DNA of 64,000 bases from Macrostomum lignano (taxonomy: Eukaryota): positions 29,517-93,516 of the forward strand of contig NIVC01003288.1 in NCBI GenBank assembly GCA_002269645.1. The letters are read 5' to 3'. Position numbers and translations under genes: made by a program. Below are positions 50,269 to 62,301 of the stretch, piece after piece (the stretch's first letter is position 1; each line of letters begins with the position of its first letter). The notes below the pieces were generated by a model. That model worked only from the letters and a program-made list of their open reading frames with translations. It did no database searches and was not told the origin of the DNA.

Positions 50269-53200
50269 ATGGCGGACCTGCTGTCCTCGGTTAACACCCT
50301 CATTGACAACCTCAGCGACAGTCGTCAGCAGCCGCGCTCAGCAGCAAAGGTAGGTCTCTGGACTGTAGACCGTAGGACTTCATTCGGTTCTGGTCTAGTT
50401 GGGTTAATGGATAATGCATCTGCATCCACAGTGTAGCGATGCATCAAATGCGACCAGGCCTAGAGTAGTGGAGGGGATATCAAGAGAAGTTTCCAGCTGG
50501 TCAGACTTGTTGAACTTGCTTGGCTGTCAAACGCTCAGCAGCCTGTCGAGCCGACCGGAACCGCAACTTCCGCTGCTTCATCGGCGGCCGCAGCAGCCGC
50601 AGCGGAGATCGACAAGCAGCTGGAACGGCTGGACCGCCTGTTCGCCAAGTCGAAAGAACGCCGGCGAAGAAGGCAGCGAAACCGGAAACAGCCTGAGCAG
50701 AAGCAGCAGCAGAAGGAATCGCAGAAACGCGATGCTTGCGGTGGCGGCGGTGGCGGCGGTGGAGGCTGCAGTCGGAGTCCCTGCAGCAACTGCACTACCA
50801 GCAACTGCAACGCTCTGAACGTCCTTTCAATCAGCGACAGCTCGGAGGAGAGCCCCAAAATTGGACGATGTTGTGAGTCCGGCTTATCGTACTGGAGTTG
50901 TTTCCACTTTTGCAAGCAATAATCCGAGCTATTTACCTAGGAGTTCAATGTAACAATGTACTGTGTAGGTGCAGTTAACGCCGCAACCAAGTGCGCGCCT
51001 GCAACGAAACAAGTAAAAGTCGAGGCTCGACAAACCCAGATTGAGCAGCAGCAACAAGAGCAGCCGCAGAAAAGGCAGCAAGTGCAGCAACCGGCTGCAA
51101 CCAGCAGAAGCAATCGCCAAGCCGGAATGGCGGGCATCAGCGACACCCTGTCGCTTGTGTCGCAGAACGCGTCCAACCGAAGGCAGTACATTGTACGCCG
51201 CGGTCGAAAGCCACCGCCGGAGCACACAAAGAAGAAGCATCGACTGCAGCAGGGTGGCGGCAGCTGGCGAGCCGCCAGCCCGGACGGCCCGAACACTGGC
51301 GGCAACGTGGACTTCAACTACCTCAAGGACGGCTTAGGTGGCGGCCATGGAGGCAGCGGGATTAGTGGAAACGAGCCGCCCGAGGGCCGCGAGAATTGCG
51401 CGTGAGTTTGGAGCGGCTCGGGGGACAGCGAGATAGCTTTCAGTTAGGAAGGGAGTGAATCTGACATTAGGATGGAGTGACTCTGGGATTATGTGAGATA
51501 TATTCTCAGAAGTATATGAGTACTCAACTACTCGTAAATTAAAATTAAAATAAGTATCGCAAAGCAAAGACAAAGGGACATTAAGATGAAGTGACATAAG
51601 GATGGAGTGACGTGATAATGGAGTGACATTAGAATCGAATGACATTAGGATGGAGTGACATTAGGATGGAGTGACATTAGGATGGAGTGACATTAGGATG
51701 GAGTGACATTAGGATGGAGTGACATTAGGATGGAGTGACATTAGGATGGAGTGACATTAGGATTGAATTACATTAGGATGGAGTGACATTAGGGTGGAGT
51801 GACATTAGGATGGAGTGACATTAGGGTGGAGTGACATTAGGTGGAGTGACATCAGGATTGAGTGACATTAGGATTGAATTACATTAGGATGGAGTGACAT
51901 TAGGGTGGAGTGGCATTAGGATGGAGTGACATTCGGATGGAGTGACATTAGGATTGAATTACATTAGGATGGAGTGACATTAGGGTGGAGTGACATTAGG
52001 TGGAGTGACATTAGGATGAAGTGACATTAGGATGGAGTGACATTAGGGTGGAGTGACATTAGGGTGGAGTGACATTAGGGTGGAGTGACATTAGGGTGGA
52101 GTGACATTAGGATGGAGTGACATTAGGATGGAGTGACATTAGGATTGAATTACATTAGGATGGAGTGACATTAGGATGGAGTGACATTAGGATGAAGTGA
52201 CATTAGGATGGAGTGACATTAGGGTGGAGTGGCATTAGGATGGAGTGAAATTCGGATGGAGTGACATTAGGATTGAATTACATTAGGATGGAGTGACATT
52301 AGGGTGGAGTGACATTAGGATGGAGTGACATTAGGATGGAGTGACATTAGGATGGAGTGACATTAGGATGGAGTGACATTAGGATGGAGTGACATTAGGA
52401 TTGAATTACATTAGGATGGAGTGACATTAGGGTGGAGTGACATTAGGATGGAGTGACATTAGGGTGGAGTGACATTAGGTGGAGTGACATCAGGATTGAG
52501 TGACATTAGGATTGAATTACATTAGGATGGAGTGACATTAGGGTGGAGTGGCATTAGGATGGAGTGACATTCGGATGGAGTGACATTAGGATTGAATCAC
52601 ATTAGGATGGAGTGACATTAGGGTGGAGTGACATTAGGTGGAGTGACATTAGGATGAAGTGACATTAGGATGGAGTGACATTAGGGTGGAGTGACATTAG
52701 GGTGGAGTGACATTAGGGTGGAGTGACATTAGGGTGGAGTGACATTAGGATGGAGTGACATTAGGATGGAGTGACATTAGGATTGAATTACATTAGGATG
52801 GAGTGACATTAGGATGGAGTGACATTAGGATGAAGTGACATTAGGATGGAGTGACATTAGGGTGGAGTGGCATTAGGATGGAGTGACATTCGGATGGAGT
52901 GACATTAGGATTGAATTACATTAGGATGGAGTGACATTAGGGTGGAGTGACATTAGGATTGAATTACATTAGGATGGAGTGACATTAGGGTGGAGTGACA
53001 TTAAGGTGGAGTGACATTAGGGTGGAGTGACATTAGGATGGAGTGACATTAGGATGGAGTGACATTAGGATTGAATTACATTAGGATGGAGTGACATTAG
53101 GGTGGAGTGACATTAGGTGGAGTGACATCAGGATTGAGTTATATCAGGATGGTGTGACAATGCTGCTTATTTTTATCAATCCAGTAACACGGTGGTCCAA

Positions 53201-53596
53201 GTGGAGAGGATGGTGAAGAGTCTGCAGCTGCTCACCGACCGTTTAAAGCGCCAGTACGAGCAGCGCCAGCGCCGGAAGCGGGTCGATCAGCAGCGGCGCG
53301 GCTTCGGCGGCTGCAGCTGGGAAAACTCGATGCCGGCCGCCCGCATGAAGGCGGAGATTCGCCAGGCGCAGGCGCGGGCCACGTGTCTGCGCAACTGCCT
53401 GCGAGCCGCGCTCGGCAGCGGCGGCGCCTGCGGTCCTCGCGGCCCCGCTGGCTGCGCAAGTGGCGACGGACCGGCAACCGCCGCTGTCGGCTGCAGACAT
53501 CGGGGAGTCGCTACAGAGCAGGCCAGAGATCCCATCACCGACATCAAGTGCAAATACGAGCGCTGCCTGCTGTACAGCCGCTACGATGTCAAGTAG
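50269..53596 (+). CDS. Orphan low-complexity/coiled-coil protein, about 440 aa (exons 50269-50349, 50464-50872, 50975-51401, 53185-53596)
   Basis: Four GC3-rich segments joined by GT-AG introns with compatible phases 0, 1, 2; A, Q, G and R tracts. The exon 2 acceptor is weak. An in-frame ATG also exists at 50221. Confidence 0.6.
51635..53145. repeat. 16-bp satellite with a 638-bp higher-order repeat, intronic
   Basis: Unit TTAGGATGGAGTGACA; the order of variant units from 51761 recurs from 52399. Confidence 0.95.
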
Positions 53597-53876
53597 GAAT
53601 GGGATGGGATGGGATGGAATGGGATGGAATGGGATGGGATGGGATGGGATGGAATGGGATGGGATGGGATGGGATGGAATGGGATGGGATGGGATGGGAT
53701 GGGATGGGATGGGATGGGATGGGATGGAATGGGATGGGATGGGATGGGATGGGATGGGATGGGATGGGATGGGATGGGTTGGGATGGGATTGGATGGGAT
53801 GGGATGGGATGGGATGGGATGGGATGGGATGGGATGGGATGGGATGGGATGGGATGGGATGGGTTGGGATGGGATG
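53597..53876. repeat. (GGGAT)n microsatellite
   Basis: About 55 units beginning directly after the TAG stop at 53596. Confidence 0.97.
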
Positions 53877-55609
53877 AAGATGATAAAAAGTGAGATCAGA
53901 TCGGACAAGCATTTATGCGATGAGATTAAGCGGTATAAGTTTTGATTCTGATTGAATGCAAGCATGGGATAAGCCTGCATGGGATCATGGGAAGCATCGA
54001 TGTCATCTTGCCCCGCCACTGCTCCGTCGCACTCCAGCTGGCCCTTTCTGCACATCATCGCCCCCACGCCGCCAATATTCGTTGACCCAATCTGCTGCGA
54101 GAATGACTGACCCCAGCAATTTCCAGTCAGAGCAAGCGGCCAAGATCTATTGACATTTTTCTCAGGTTTGAATTCTCGTGCGAACATTTTTTTGCTTTCG
54201 TATCTCTGCCCGAGTTCCTGTGTTATTTTTCCCGGAGACGGCTGCTTTTATTTGATGCCCTGTCCGCCTTTCCCGATCGCAGTACTTTAAATCATAAATT
54301 GTACATCGCTCAGTACAGCACAGACCGGTTCTGTCCATTGCGTCTCCGGCAGAAGATAACTAACTGACTTTCGTATCCGTGTACAGAAGTGCGGTTCCGC
54401 TGTAATGTAAGACATTTTTTGCTTGAAAATTACCTTTCAGTGAAGACCCCCTTCTCTGCTCAAGGCGACCAAGTCAGTGCTATATTATTCAGATTCAATG
54501 CAACTTTGGACTTTGGGACTTTCTTACTTCAGTTTAAAACGAATTTATTGAATTGAGTAGTATGTACAGCTTTTAACGGATCAATAATTCAGAGCTGATA
54601 GAAAACAGGTAACTTTTACAGGCAGCAAGCAGAATGGACGGAAGCAAAGTAGCTAGCATTAAATTAGTGTAACCATACTTTTGAACTGCAGACTAAAGAG
54701 AAACTTCTACCGGATGAGGCTGGCAAGCAAAGTGCTGGCAAAATTTCAGTTTTCCCTGCCTTCTCAATGTTTCTTTTGCCGAATCGATTTTTTTTCATGG
54801 CCAATAATAAATCTTTCTTTAAACTTTATCTAGACAGACCTGTACATCAGCCCTAAAGACACAATGCTGGCTCCATTTGCAAATTGAAGTTCAGAAACTG
54901 AGATACTCACGTACATTTGGTGCATTCAGTGCTCAAACACTGACAATTTCCTACTCGCTAATGCAGTTTGCGGTGATATTATAGTATCTGTCTGCTTGAG
55001 CTTTTCAGGAGTGCGTCGAGTGCTTTTGCCGTAGACCCACAAGTTTGAGTTCTTGAATCACATTCTCGTTTCATTGTCGGCTGATTTTCCATGCAGGAAT
55101 GGCATTCTTGCACTCTTTTGCGTGCAGGAATGGATGTCTATGGTAAAATCTCACTGAAAAAGCATTAGGCGCAGAAATGCATTCCTGCACGGTTTTGTGC
55201 ATTCCTGCACGATGAATCATCCGACAATGGAATTCCTTCACGTTCACTCGTGCGTGAAGGACATCGTGCACTCGTGCGCTAGCGCGCACTCGTGCATATG
55301 TCATTCCCGCACTCGTGACCGTGCAGGAATATATCATTCTGCGTGTGTTAATGATGTTTTGCCATAGAAATAAGCAATTCTGCACGATTGAGCCAGGGAC
55401 TTACGAGCTACTCAAATCGAAGGACGTAAACCTAGGTATCTGGGAAAATTTTAGAAGGCAGGTTTTTACAGAAAAATACATTATGGAGATAGGAGGTTTT
55501 CATTTTTTCAGCACAAAAATTGCTATTGCTTTTGCTAGAAGGGAGACCCAGTGTAGGCAGACGAGAATGTGTGATCAAATGTGACACTCCGCGGACATGC
55601 ACGGCTCGT

Positions 55610-56150
55610 TTAGAAGCTGCACTCGCTGCCAATGAAGAAACGAATGGATTTGCCGCTGCAGCTGCTCCGCGCGTCTTCGAGCTCCAACTCAACGAAGTCC
55701 TGCTTTGAAGTGTCGTCGGACATTGGACCGCCGTCCGTGCAGCCCACCGGGATGAACACAAAACTGCTGACGGCGTCCACTGGAAGCTGCAGGGAGCCGT
55801 CCGAGATCACCGCAACTGAAATTCCAGATGGGGATTCTGCTGGCGTAGACATTTTCCTGAGGCAAAGACTCTGCGAAAATAGAACTTACTAGAATGGCCT
55901 GAAGTGCCGACCTCCATGCTTGAGCTGGAGCGTCTTAGTTCCGGTTTTTCGAGTCCACAACAGCGGGTGCACAAGGAGCATCGGTGAGACTGGCTAACCG
56001 CTCTGATCCTTGCATGGGGCAGACCCAGCACCCGTTCATGGAGGTGACGCTGCCGAGCTCTCCTCCTCCAGCGGTGCACAATAGCGATGGTGAGTGTGAC
56101 AGCCAGTAGGGCAGAGGTCAAGGCCACTGTGACTACAAACACAAGCGATC
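55610..56150 (-). CDS. 3' exon(s) of a probable single-pass membrane protein
   Basis: Acceptor ACTTGCAG, hydrophobic FVVTVALTSALLAVTLTIAIV followed by the basic stop-transfer HRWRRRAR, then a Ser-rich tail. It joins ORF 55610-55852 by a -1 shift at the A-run near 55853 or by splicing. Upstream exons (to about 57660) are unresolved. Confidence 0.5.
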
Positions 56151-57760
56151 TGCAAGTTAGGAATTGAATAATAGGAACACAGAAAACTCTTTAAAAAATT
56201 GAAATCAACTATGAGTGAGAATAATATTGTAACTTACGCGCTAAAGTCATAGTTCTCCATGAAAAGGGAATTTTTATTGAAAAGAATGCATTGCAGGCTA
56301 GACAGTGGCGGAGCATTTAAAGATTTTTTTACAACCGAGTCTCAATAAATAGTTGATTCAGCCAATTAGTTGTGAAATTATAGGCTGTAAACAGCACAGG
56401 AGGCGTGTGCAACCATCGTTTGAACACAGCGAATGCTCCTGGGTGCTATTTTTAGATATGCTAGGCACACAGCTGAGTCACACTCACTCTTGTTGACGGC
56501 GAAGCACGCAGGTGAAAGAATGCCAACTCCATTTCCTGAGATTCTCAGGATTCGCTTCTACTGATAAACTATCTTTATTATTGTGCCAGCAGCTCTGTAA
56601 GCATGTTTATTTCTCACTATTAGCTGACTTCAGCAGTATATGCCGCAAAAACCTGCTGAGACAGAATCTGGCTTCAAGAAAGTTTAGAGCGAGTTAAATT
56701 GGAAACAACTGGGCATTTTGATCGTTGCCGATGGAAAACAACACGGGGGAAATTATTGACACAAAGAAATCGACACGAGGTGGTGTCAGTTTTCAGCTAG
56801 AAATTGATAGTTTCTGACAGCAAAAATCGCGATGTCAGAGTTAAACAGCTGTCGGATGGCTGCTTTTCGCCTATTTCTACATGTACACTGCATTGGAAGC
56901 ATGGCCTAAAGCAGATTCAGAAATCGCACAGTATTTAGACTTGGAGTTATTCAAGACTTTACACTTATCCAACAGATGTATAGCCAAAGTAAAAGCCGTA
57001 CAGGAAAAGCGAGATTGTACTTCTATCCCGCTCAGCCTGCACCAAAGTCAACAGTGAATTCACTCGCTGTTGGAGTCTCTAACTCTTTCTCGAAGGCACT
57101 CGTGGCAAAATTGAGCTGTACCACGTAGCCGTAGCCTTCCAAAATCTCGCGCAACGACAAGAATAGAGTTCAGCTTTGTAGCCACTGAAACCTGATCTCC
57201 AGCTGAAAGCTTCCGTTTTTTTAACTGAGCAATCAGTTTCTGCAACTGTCGGAAAATTCTTTGGGGAAAAACCGACCTTGATTTTTTGAGAAACTTTTTG
57301 TCTATTCTTTCAAATGAAGCCGGGCATTGAATGGCCGGCGAAAATATCCGAGTTTAGCGTTTTGTTTTTTACAACTCTTCGGATCAAATGCCCTGCGAGT
57401 GTGCAAAACCTGGGCAACAAGCATATCGATTTGATCTTGGCTGACTCTGCAGAAGAGAAAGGCGCTGTGGGGGTGGGGCTCGAGTGACGCAGGACTTCGC
57501 AGCTGACACGGATCTGATTCCACAGCTCAGCAGATTTTGCTCCAAATAAATTCCCGGCCCCGCAGAGCGACTGCGATTTCTGTGGTCCCCTTCAGAACTT
57601 CTGCTTTCAAAACTGTTGTCTTCAAAACTTTCGTTCTCAAACTGCAGGGCTGGACGCATTGGTGAGTGGTGATTGTCTTTTCTAGCGATTCCACGACTAG
57701 CACACCTAGTTTACAGAATCTTAAGCGGAACTCAACCTCGGATTGCTTTCAGATTACAAG

Positions 57761-60700
57761 ATGCGTCTCGCACTGCTACTCCTCAGTGCTCTTCTATTTG
57801 TGACTGTCTTCTGCGAGCTTGCCGATGCTCGTCAAGGCAAAAGGTGAGCTAAAAGCTAAGGTTGATTTTGTAGATATAACCTTTTCAAGGGATTTTAGCC
57901 TAGTGGTTTACAGCGTCGGACTCACGACTTATAGGTCGGGGGTTCGAGTCCTGAACTTTGTGTCCTTGAGCAAGAAACTTAACTCTGCATCGCTTCAGTT
58001 TACCCAGCTGTAAAATGGGTGCCAGCATTAGCTGGGGTAATTGAGGGTCTTTGGATTAAACAGCCATTACACAGCCTTCAGATGCGCCGCGCAATAGCTG
58101 AGGCTGTGCTGTCGGTTGCGAATCTGGCCCAATTTGGGCAGGTGTAATTAATCGTTATTATTATTACTACTATTAGTATTATTTTTATTTTATTATCGTA
58201 GAGAAAACAGCTATCATTGCAAAAATTGTCGCCTCGGTCGTCGCGTATCAGGCAGTCACAATTTCTCGAGTTCACATTTATAAGGGGTCACCTTTTTATT
58301 TTTTTGTAAAAAGGTGAAATCGAGGAAAATCGGGAAATCGCTGCCTAAGTAGCCGTTAAAACCTCGGAGAGTGAACAAGCGAACCAAATGCGCATCGTCC
58401 CATCTTGCAGCAGAAGCATGCGCAGCTACTACAAGCGCATGCGCAGCAGCATGGTTAAGCTGAAAGGCCTGTCCTACAGTCGGACTCGCAGGGCCGCAGC
58501 CATGCGCGGCCGCAAAGCCCGGGTCAGATGGGCCCGCCGCTTGAAGGCCCGGCGAGTGCGACGAGCGGCGATTCGATATCGCGTCACTCGCGTCAGCCGG
58601 CGGATACGCAGGACCAGCTCGGTGGTGCGGCGGTCTCGAGTGACCAGCAGAGCGCGGGTCAGACGGGTCGCTAGGCGATCCAGCTACTCGCGCTGCAAGC
58701 TGGCTGCCACTCGCTTCGTCTCCTGCACCAGGCGGCTGTACACTCGCTGCCCTGCTGGCTACAAGCGCAGAGGCAACATGTGCTTCCGGGTCTACTGTCC
58801 GAAGCCGTACGTCCGTCGGGGAGCAAAGTGCGTCCGTTACAGACGCGTTGTTGCTCGCCGGATGGCCTGCCCTCGCGGCTTCACCCGCTACGGCAGCCGA
58901 TGCGTCCAGCGGCTTGGACTGGCCTGCAGCGCCGGCTACCGTGTCTACAAGGGCCGCTGCCACCTGGTCCGCTGTCCTGCCGGGTTCACCAAAATTGGCA
59001 ACAGCTGCCGCAAGAGCTGCCGGAAAGGCTTCACTCTGAAAGGCTTCACTTGCGTCCGAATCCGGACCAGATGCCCCAAGAACTACTACCGCGTTGGTGC
59101 TCGGTGTGTGCGCTATCGCAGCGGTCGGGCAAGGTAAGAATTTAACTGAATCCATCTGGTTGCCTCTAAAAGTAAAATATCAGTTGCTTTTAACTCTCAA
59201 TACCATTGTTGCAACATTTCAGATGTCGATCTGGTTATAAGAGAAAAGGCAGCAAGTGTATTCGCATATTAAAATCTTGCCCGCGCAACTACAAGCGGCG
59301 GGGTAAGCGCTGTGTCCTTACCTGTCCTAGTGAACGGATTCCAAGGCGAACAAGAGACGGTCGCGTTCGTTGTGTCGTTGTGGTATCCAGGTGCCCTGTT
59401 GGCTACAAGATGAAACGGATCCGAACGCGTCGTGGCTATAGGTAAGTGACATTGTTGGGACTTTGTCGCCTCAGAAAATCTGGAACAGAAATACATCACA
59501 TCTGTAATTAATCTATCTACACCTAATCTAGAATCCAGTGCACAATGAACAGCGGCAGCTGCGCTAAAGGTTTCCGCAAGATCAGACGCTATAAACGCGG
59601 CTACTCCTGCGTGAGGATCGCTTGTCCAAAGAACTACGTGAAGCGCGGTAGCGCATGCGTTTATCGCTATAAAAAGCGTCGTCGATGCCCCAGCGGCTAC
59701 ACTCGGATGGGATCCACGTGTCGGAGGATCCGCTGCCCCGGAGGCTATGTAAGGCGCGGCAGTCGATGCGTTTTCGTTCGGTGTCCAAGTGGCTACAGGC
59801 GAGCTGGTCGCATGTGCGTCAGGACAAGATTCGTTAAAACCTGCCCATCTGGCTGGGTGCGACACGGCAAGCTTTGCAGGCGGTTGATTTGCCCCTCTGG
59901 CTACAAAAAGGTCGGCCAGTACTGCATTAGTAAGTAGCAAACTCGACAAGACATATCTAAGCGTTACTTCTAAACCAAAACAAAGGAACTAAAGTGACTT
60001 ATCTCTTACTCCTCCAGACAACTCATGTCCCTCCGGTTTCGTGAGAAGGCGACGCATGTGCGTGCGAAGTAAGTTCCATTTAACAATTGTACAACTGCAA
60101 AACTTTAGGCAGCGGGAACTGCTGCAATAACAATTAGTCATTCAATTATTCACTTTCAGCTCACTGTACAGCTGGATACAAGAAGAAAGGAAAGCTATGC
60201 GTTCGTAAGTAAAAAAAGCTAAACTTCGAATCTCAGAACTATGAGATATAAATTATTCAATGCAATTTGCTTTCTACGAGTATATTCCAAAATTTTCAGG
60301 GAATTGTCCGAAAGGCACAAAAAAATCTGGACGATTCTGTGTCAGAATGAGATGCCCAAAACGTTTTCGACGAGTAGGAAAAAGTTGCGTCCGAAGTAAG
60401 CACTCATTAAATAAATGTTCGAAAGTGCTGTGAAATGCAGAGAGCATCTTAAGATACCAGCTTATGCAAAATCTGACCTTCCAGCAAAATGTCCCAGTGG
60501 TTACGCTAAGCGATATGTCCGACAGAAAGTCTACACAGGGCGCAAAGTCTCCGGATCAGTGAGAAAGTGCAGCTGCATCGGAGCCAAGACTGGCAAGAAA
60601 CCGTCCAAAAAGAACGCCATCGACATGGCATTCGTGGTCGACGTGACCGGCAGCATGGGATCGGTGATCCGCGCGATCAAGGCCAAGATCCGCGAGGTTA

Positions 60701-61058
60701 TCAATGCGAACGCTAAGTCGCGCATCGTAAGTGGTTTTCAATCTAAATTTCAGAGCCCTAAATAAAGAAGACCAATTTTCTAACATGACAAACGAAACGC
60801 TACCTGGCCATTTCAGGTAAACAAATTCGTGCTTGTGCCGTACGGCGATCCGAAAGTTGGTCCAGTGACGGCGACTCGTGCGAGATCTCGCAGCTCCGTG
60901 AACTCCCTCATCAGAGCAGTGAACGCAATGCGCGCATCTGGCGGAGGCGACTGCGCCGAGTTCGGCTTCTCGGGAATATACGAAGCGCTGACCAGAGTAA
61001 AGAAGAACTCAATTGTGTACGTGTTCACCGATGCGAGTCCGTCAGCTCGAGACAGACG
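57761..61058 (+). CDS. Secreted Arg/Lys-rich, Cys-repeat protein with a hemicentin/VWA7-type VWA domain (exons 57761-57843, about 58353-59133, 59223-59441, 59532-59929, 60018-60068, 60160-60204, 60300-60395, 60485-60726, 60817-61058; 3' end unresolved)
   Basis: Signal peptide; about 23 C-P-x-G-Y/F-x-R/K-x-G-x-x-C-type repeats; AFVVDVTGSM..FVLVPYGDP.VGPV..GGGDCAE..VYVFTDAS. Phases of exons 2-9 are all compatible. The exon 1/2 junction is not clean. Confidence 0.88.
57895..58050 (+). mobile_element. tRNA-derived SINE with CORE-like domain, copy 2 (in intron 1 of the VWA gene)
   Basis: A box TAGCCTAGTGG 57896, B box GGTTCGAGTCC 57941, then TGTGTCCTTGAGCAAGAAACTTAAC..CAGTTT..CTGTAAAATGGG. Confidence 0.8.
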
Positions 61059-62301
61059 GTGAGCAGACATGGCATGTGTAGCATGCAGTCTTTTGCTGCA
61101 ATACCAAGATATCAGCGGAGAAATATTACGAATCTATGATATGGTCCTTATTAATTTTCAATCAGTACCTAAAGAATAGTCACTTCCGAATATAGTTGAG
61201 CACGAAAAAGCAATTAATAATCAGTTCATGAGTGGAAATACCTCAGATTTCATCTGACGGGGCCCATAGATTCCCACGCAGTAGAAATTAGCCAAGAGTG
61301 CGGCAATTCTTTAATGCTTCTAAGCAATTTAGTTGGCCTTTGAACAGTAAGGAACCGGCAACTCCTTCTCTTTTGTACTGCCGTGGTTGAAAGCATGTTC
61401 TTTAATTGACGCCTCTGATGTCTGAGGGGCTTTCGTTTCCTGGAACCGGGGACCCTGAAGACCCTGAAGCCCAATCGAGAGGATCAACTGCAGATCAAGG
61501 ACTAGGAGAAGGCAACACTTGCAAATCGAGGAAAAATAGTTGAAGGCCGAACATTAAAACTGTCTGTATCTCTGAATCGGTTGCATGTAGTAGTTACTTT
61601 TTTAGCCAGATTGTTCAGATTTTTGTCGCTTACCCAGTAAGACATTAACTTTAGTTTCCAATTAGATGTAGGTGCAAGAAACATCCTGTACAACGGAGAC
61701 ATCCTATATTTTGGTGCGATTGGTATTTAAGTATAAGTTTAGGAAGCAAAATAAAGTAGCCAAAAATCTTAGGCGCAACATTGGTTAGTTCACTACTGGA
61801 CATTACAGAATATACTTAGCCTTGGCATATACCCAATATGACAAAGCAATGTTGGGTTTCTCTCCTATAGTTCAAGAGTAGGCCTGGTTATAAAAATACT
61901 TATACTTTGCAGACGCAAATCGCAATCAGTAAAAAATCTACGAGTAAGTTGAGCAATAAAATAGGCCTAGGCCCATTACAATAATCTCCTATAGTCGATA
62001 AAAATAATTACAAGTAATTTAAAAATTGTAAAGGTGTATTACGCTCGTAATGTATCTGCTGATAACGAGGGAGTGTCGCAATAAAAACTGAGCCGCGAGG
62101 GCGAGGAACACAAAAACGCGTAAAAAAATTAATTTGCGGTAAAACCATCTTAATTAAACCTAAGATGCCTATCAGAAATTATATTTTATATGAGAATTCT
62201 TCTAGCTTAAAGCCCAACTCTCGCTTCTAAAAACAGTCCATTTATCTAGTTCGTATCTTGTGAAAGTGAGATCCAGTGAGCTCCAAGCACTGCAAGTTGC
62301 A

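Noticed and set aside
57384-57659. CCPGF motif suggesting an EMI domain
   Set aside because: The other EMI cysteines and the conserved spacing are absent; likely chance.
61059-61760. Candidate further exons completing the VWA domain
   Set aside because: Several acceptors were tried and none gave a clean in-frame continuation; left unresolved.
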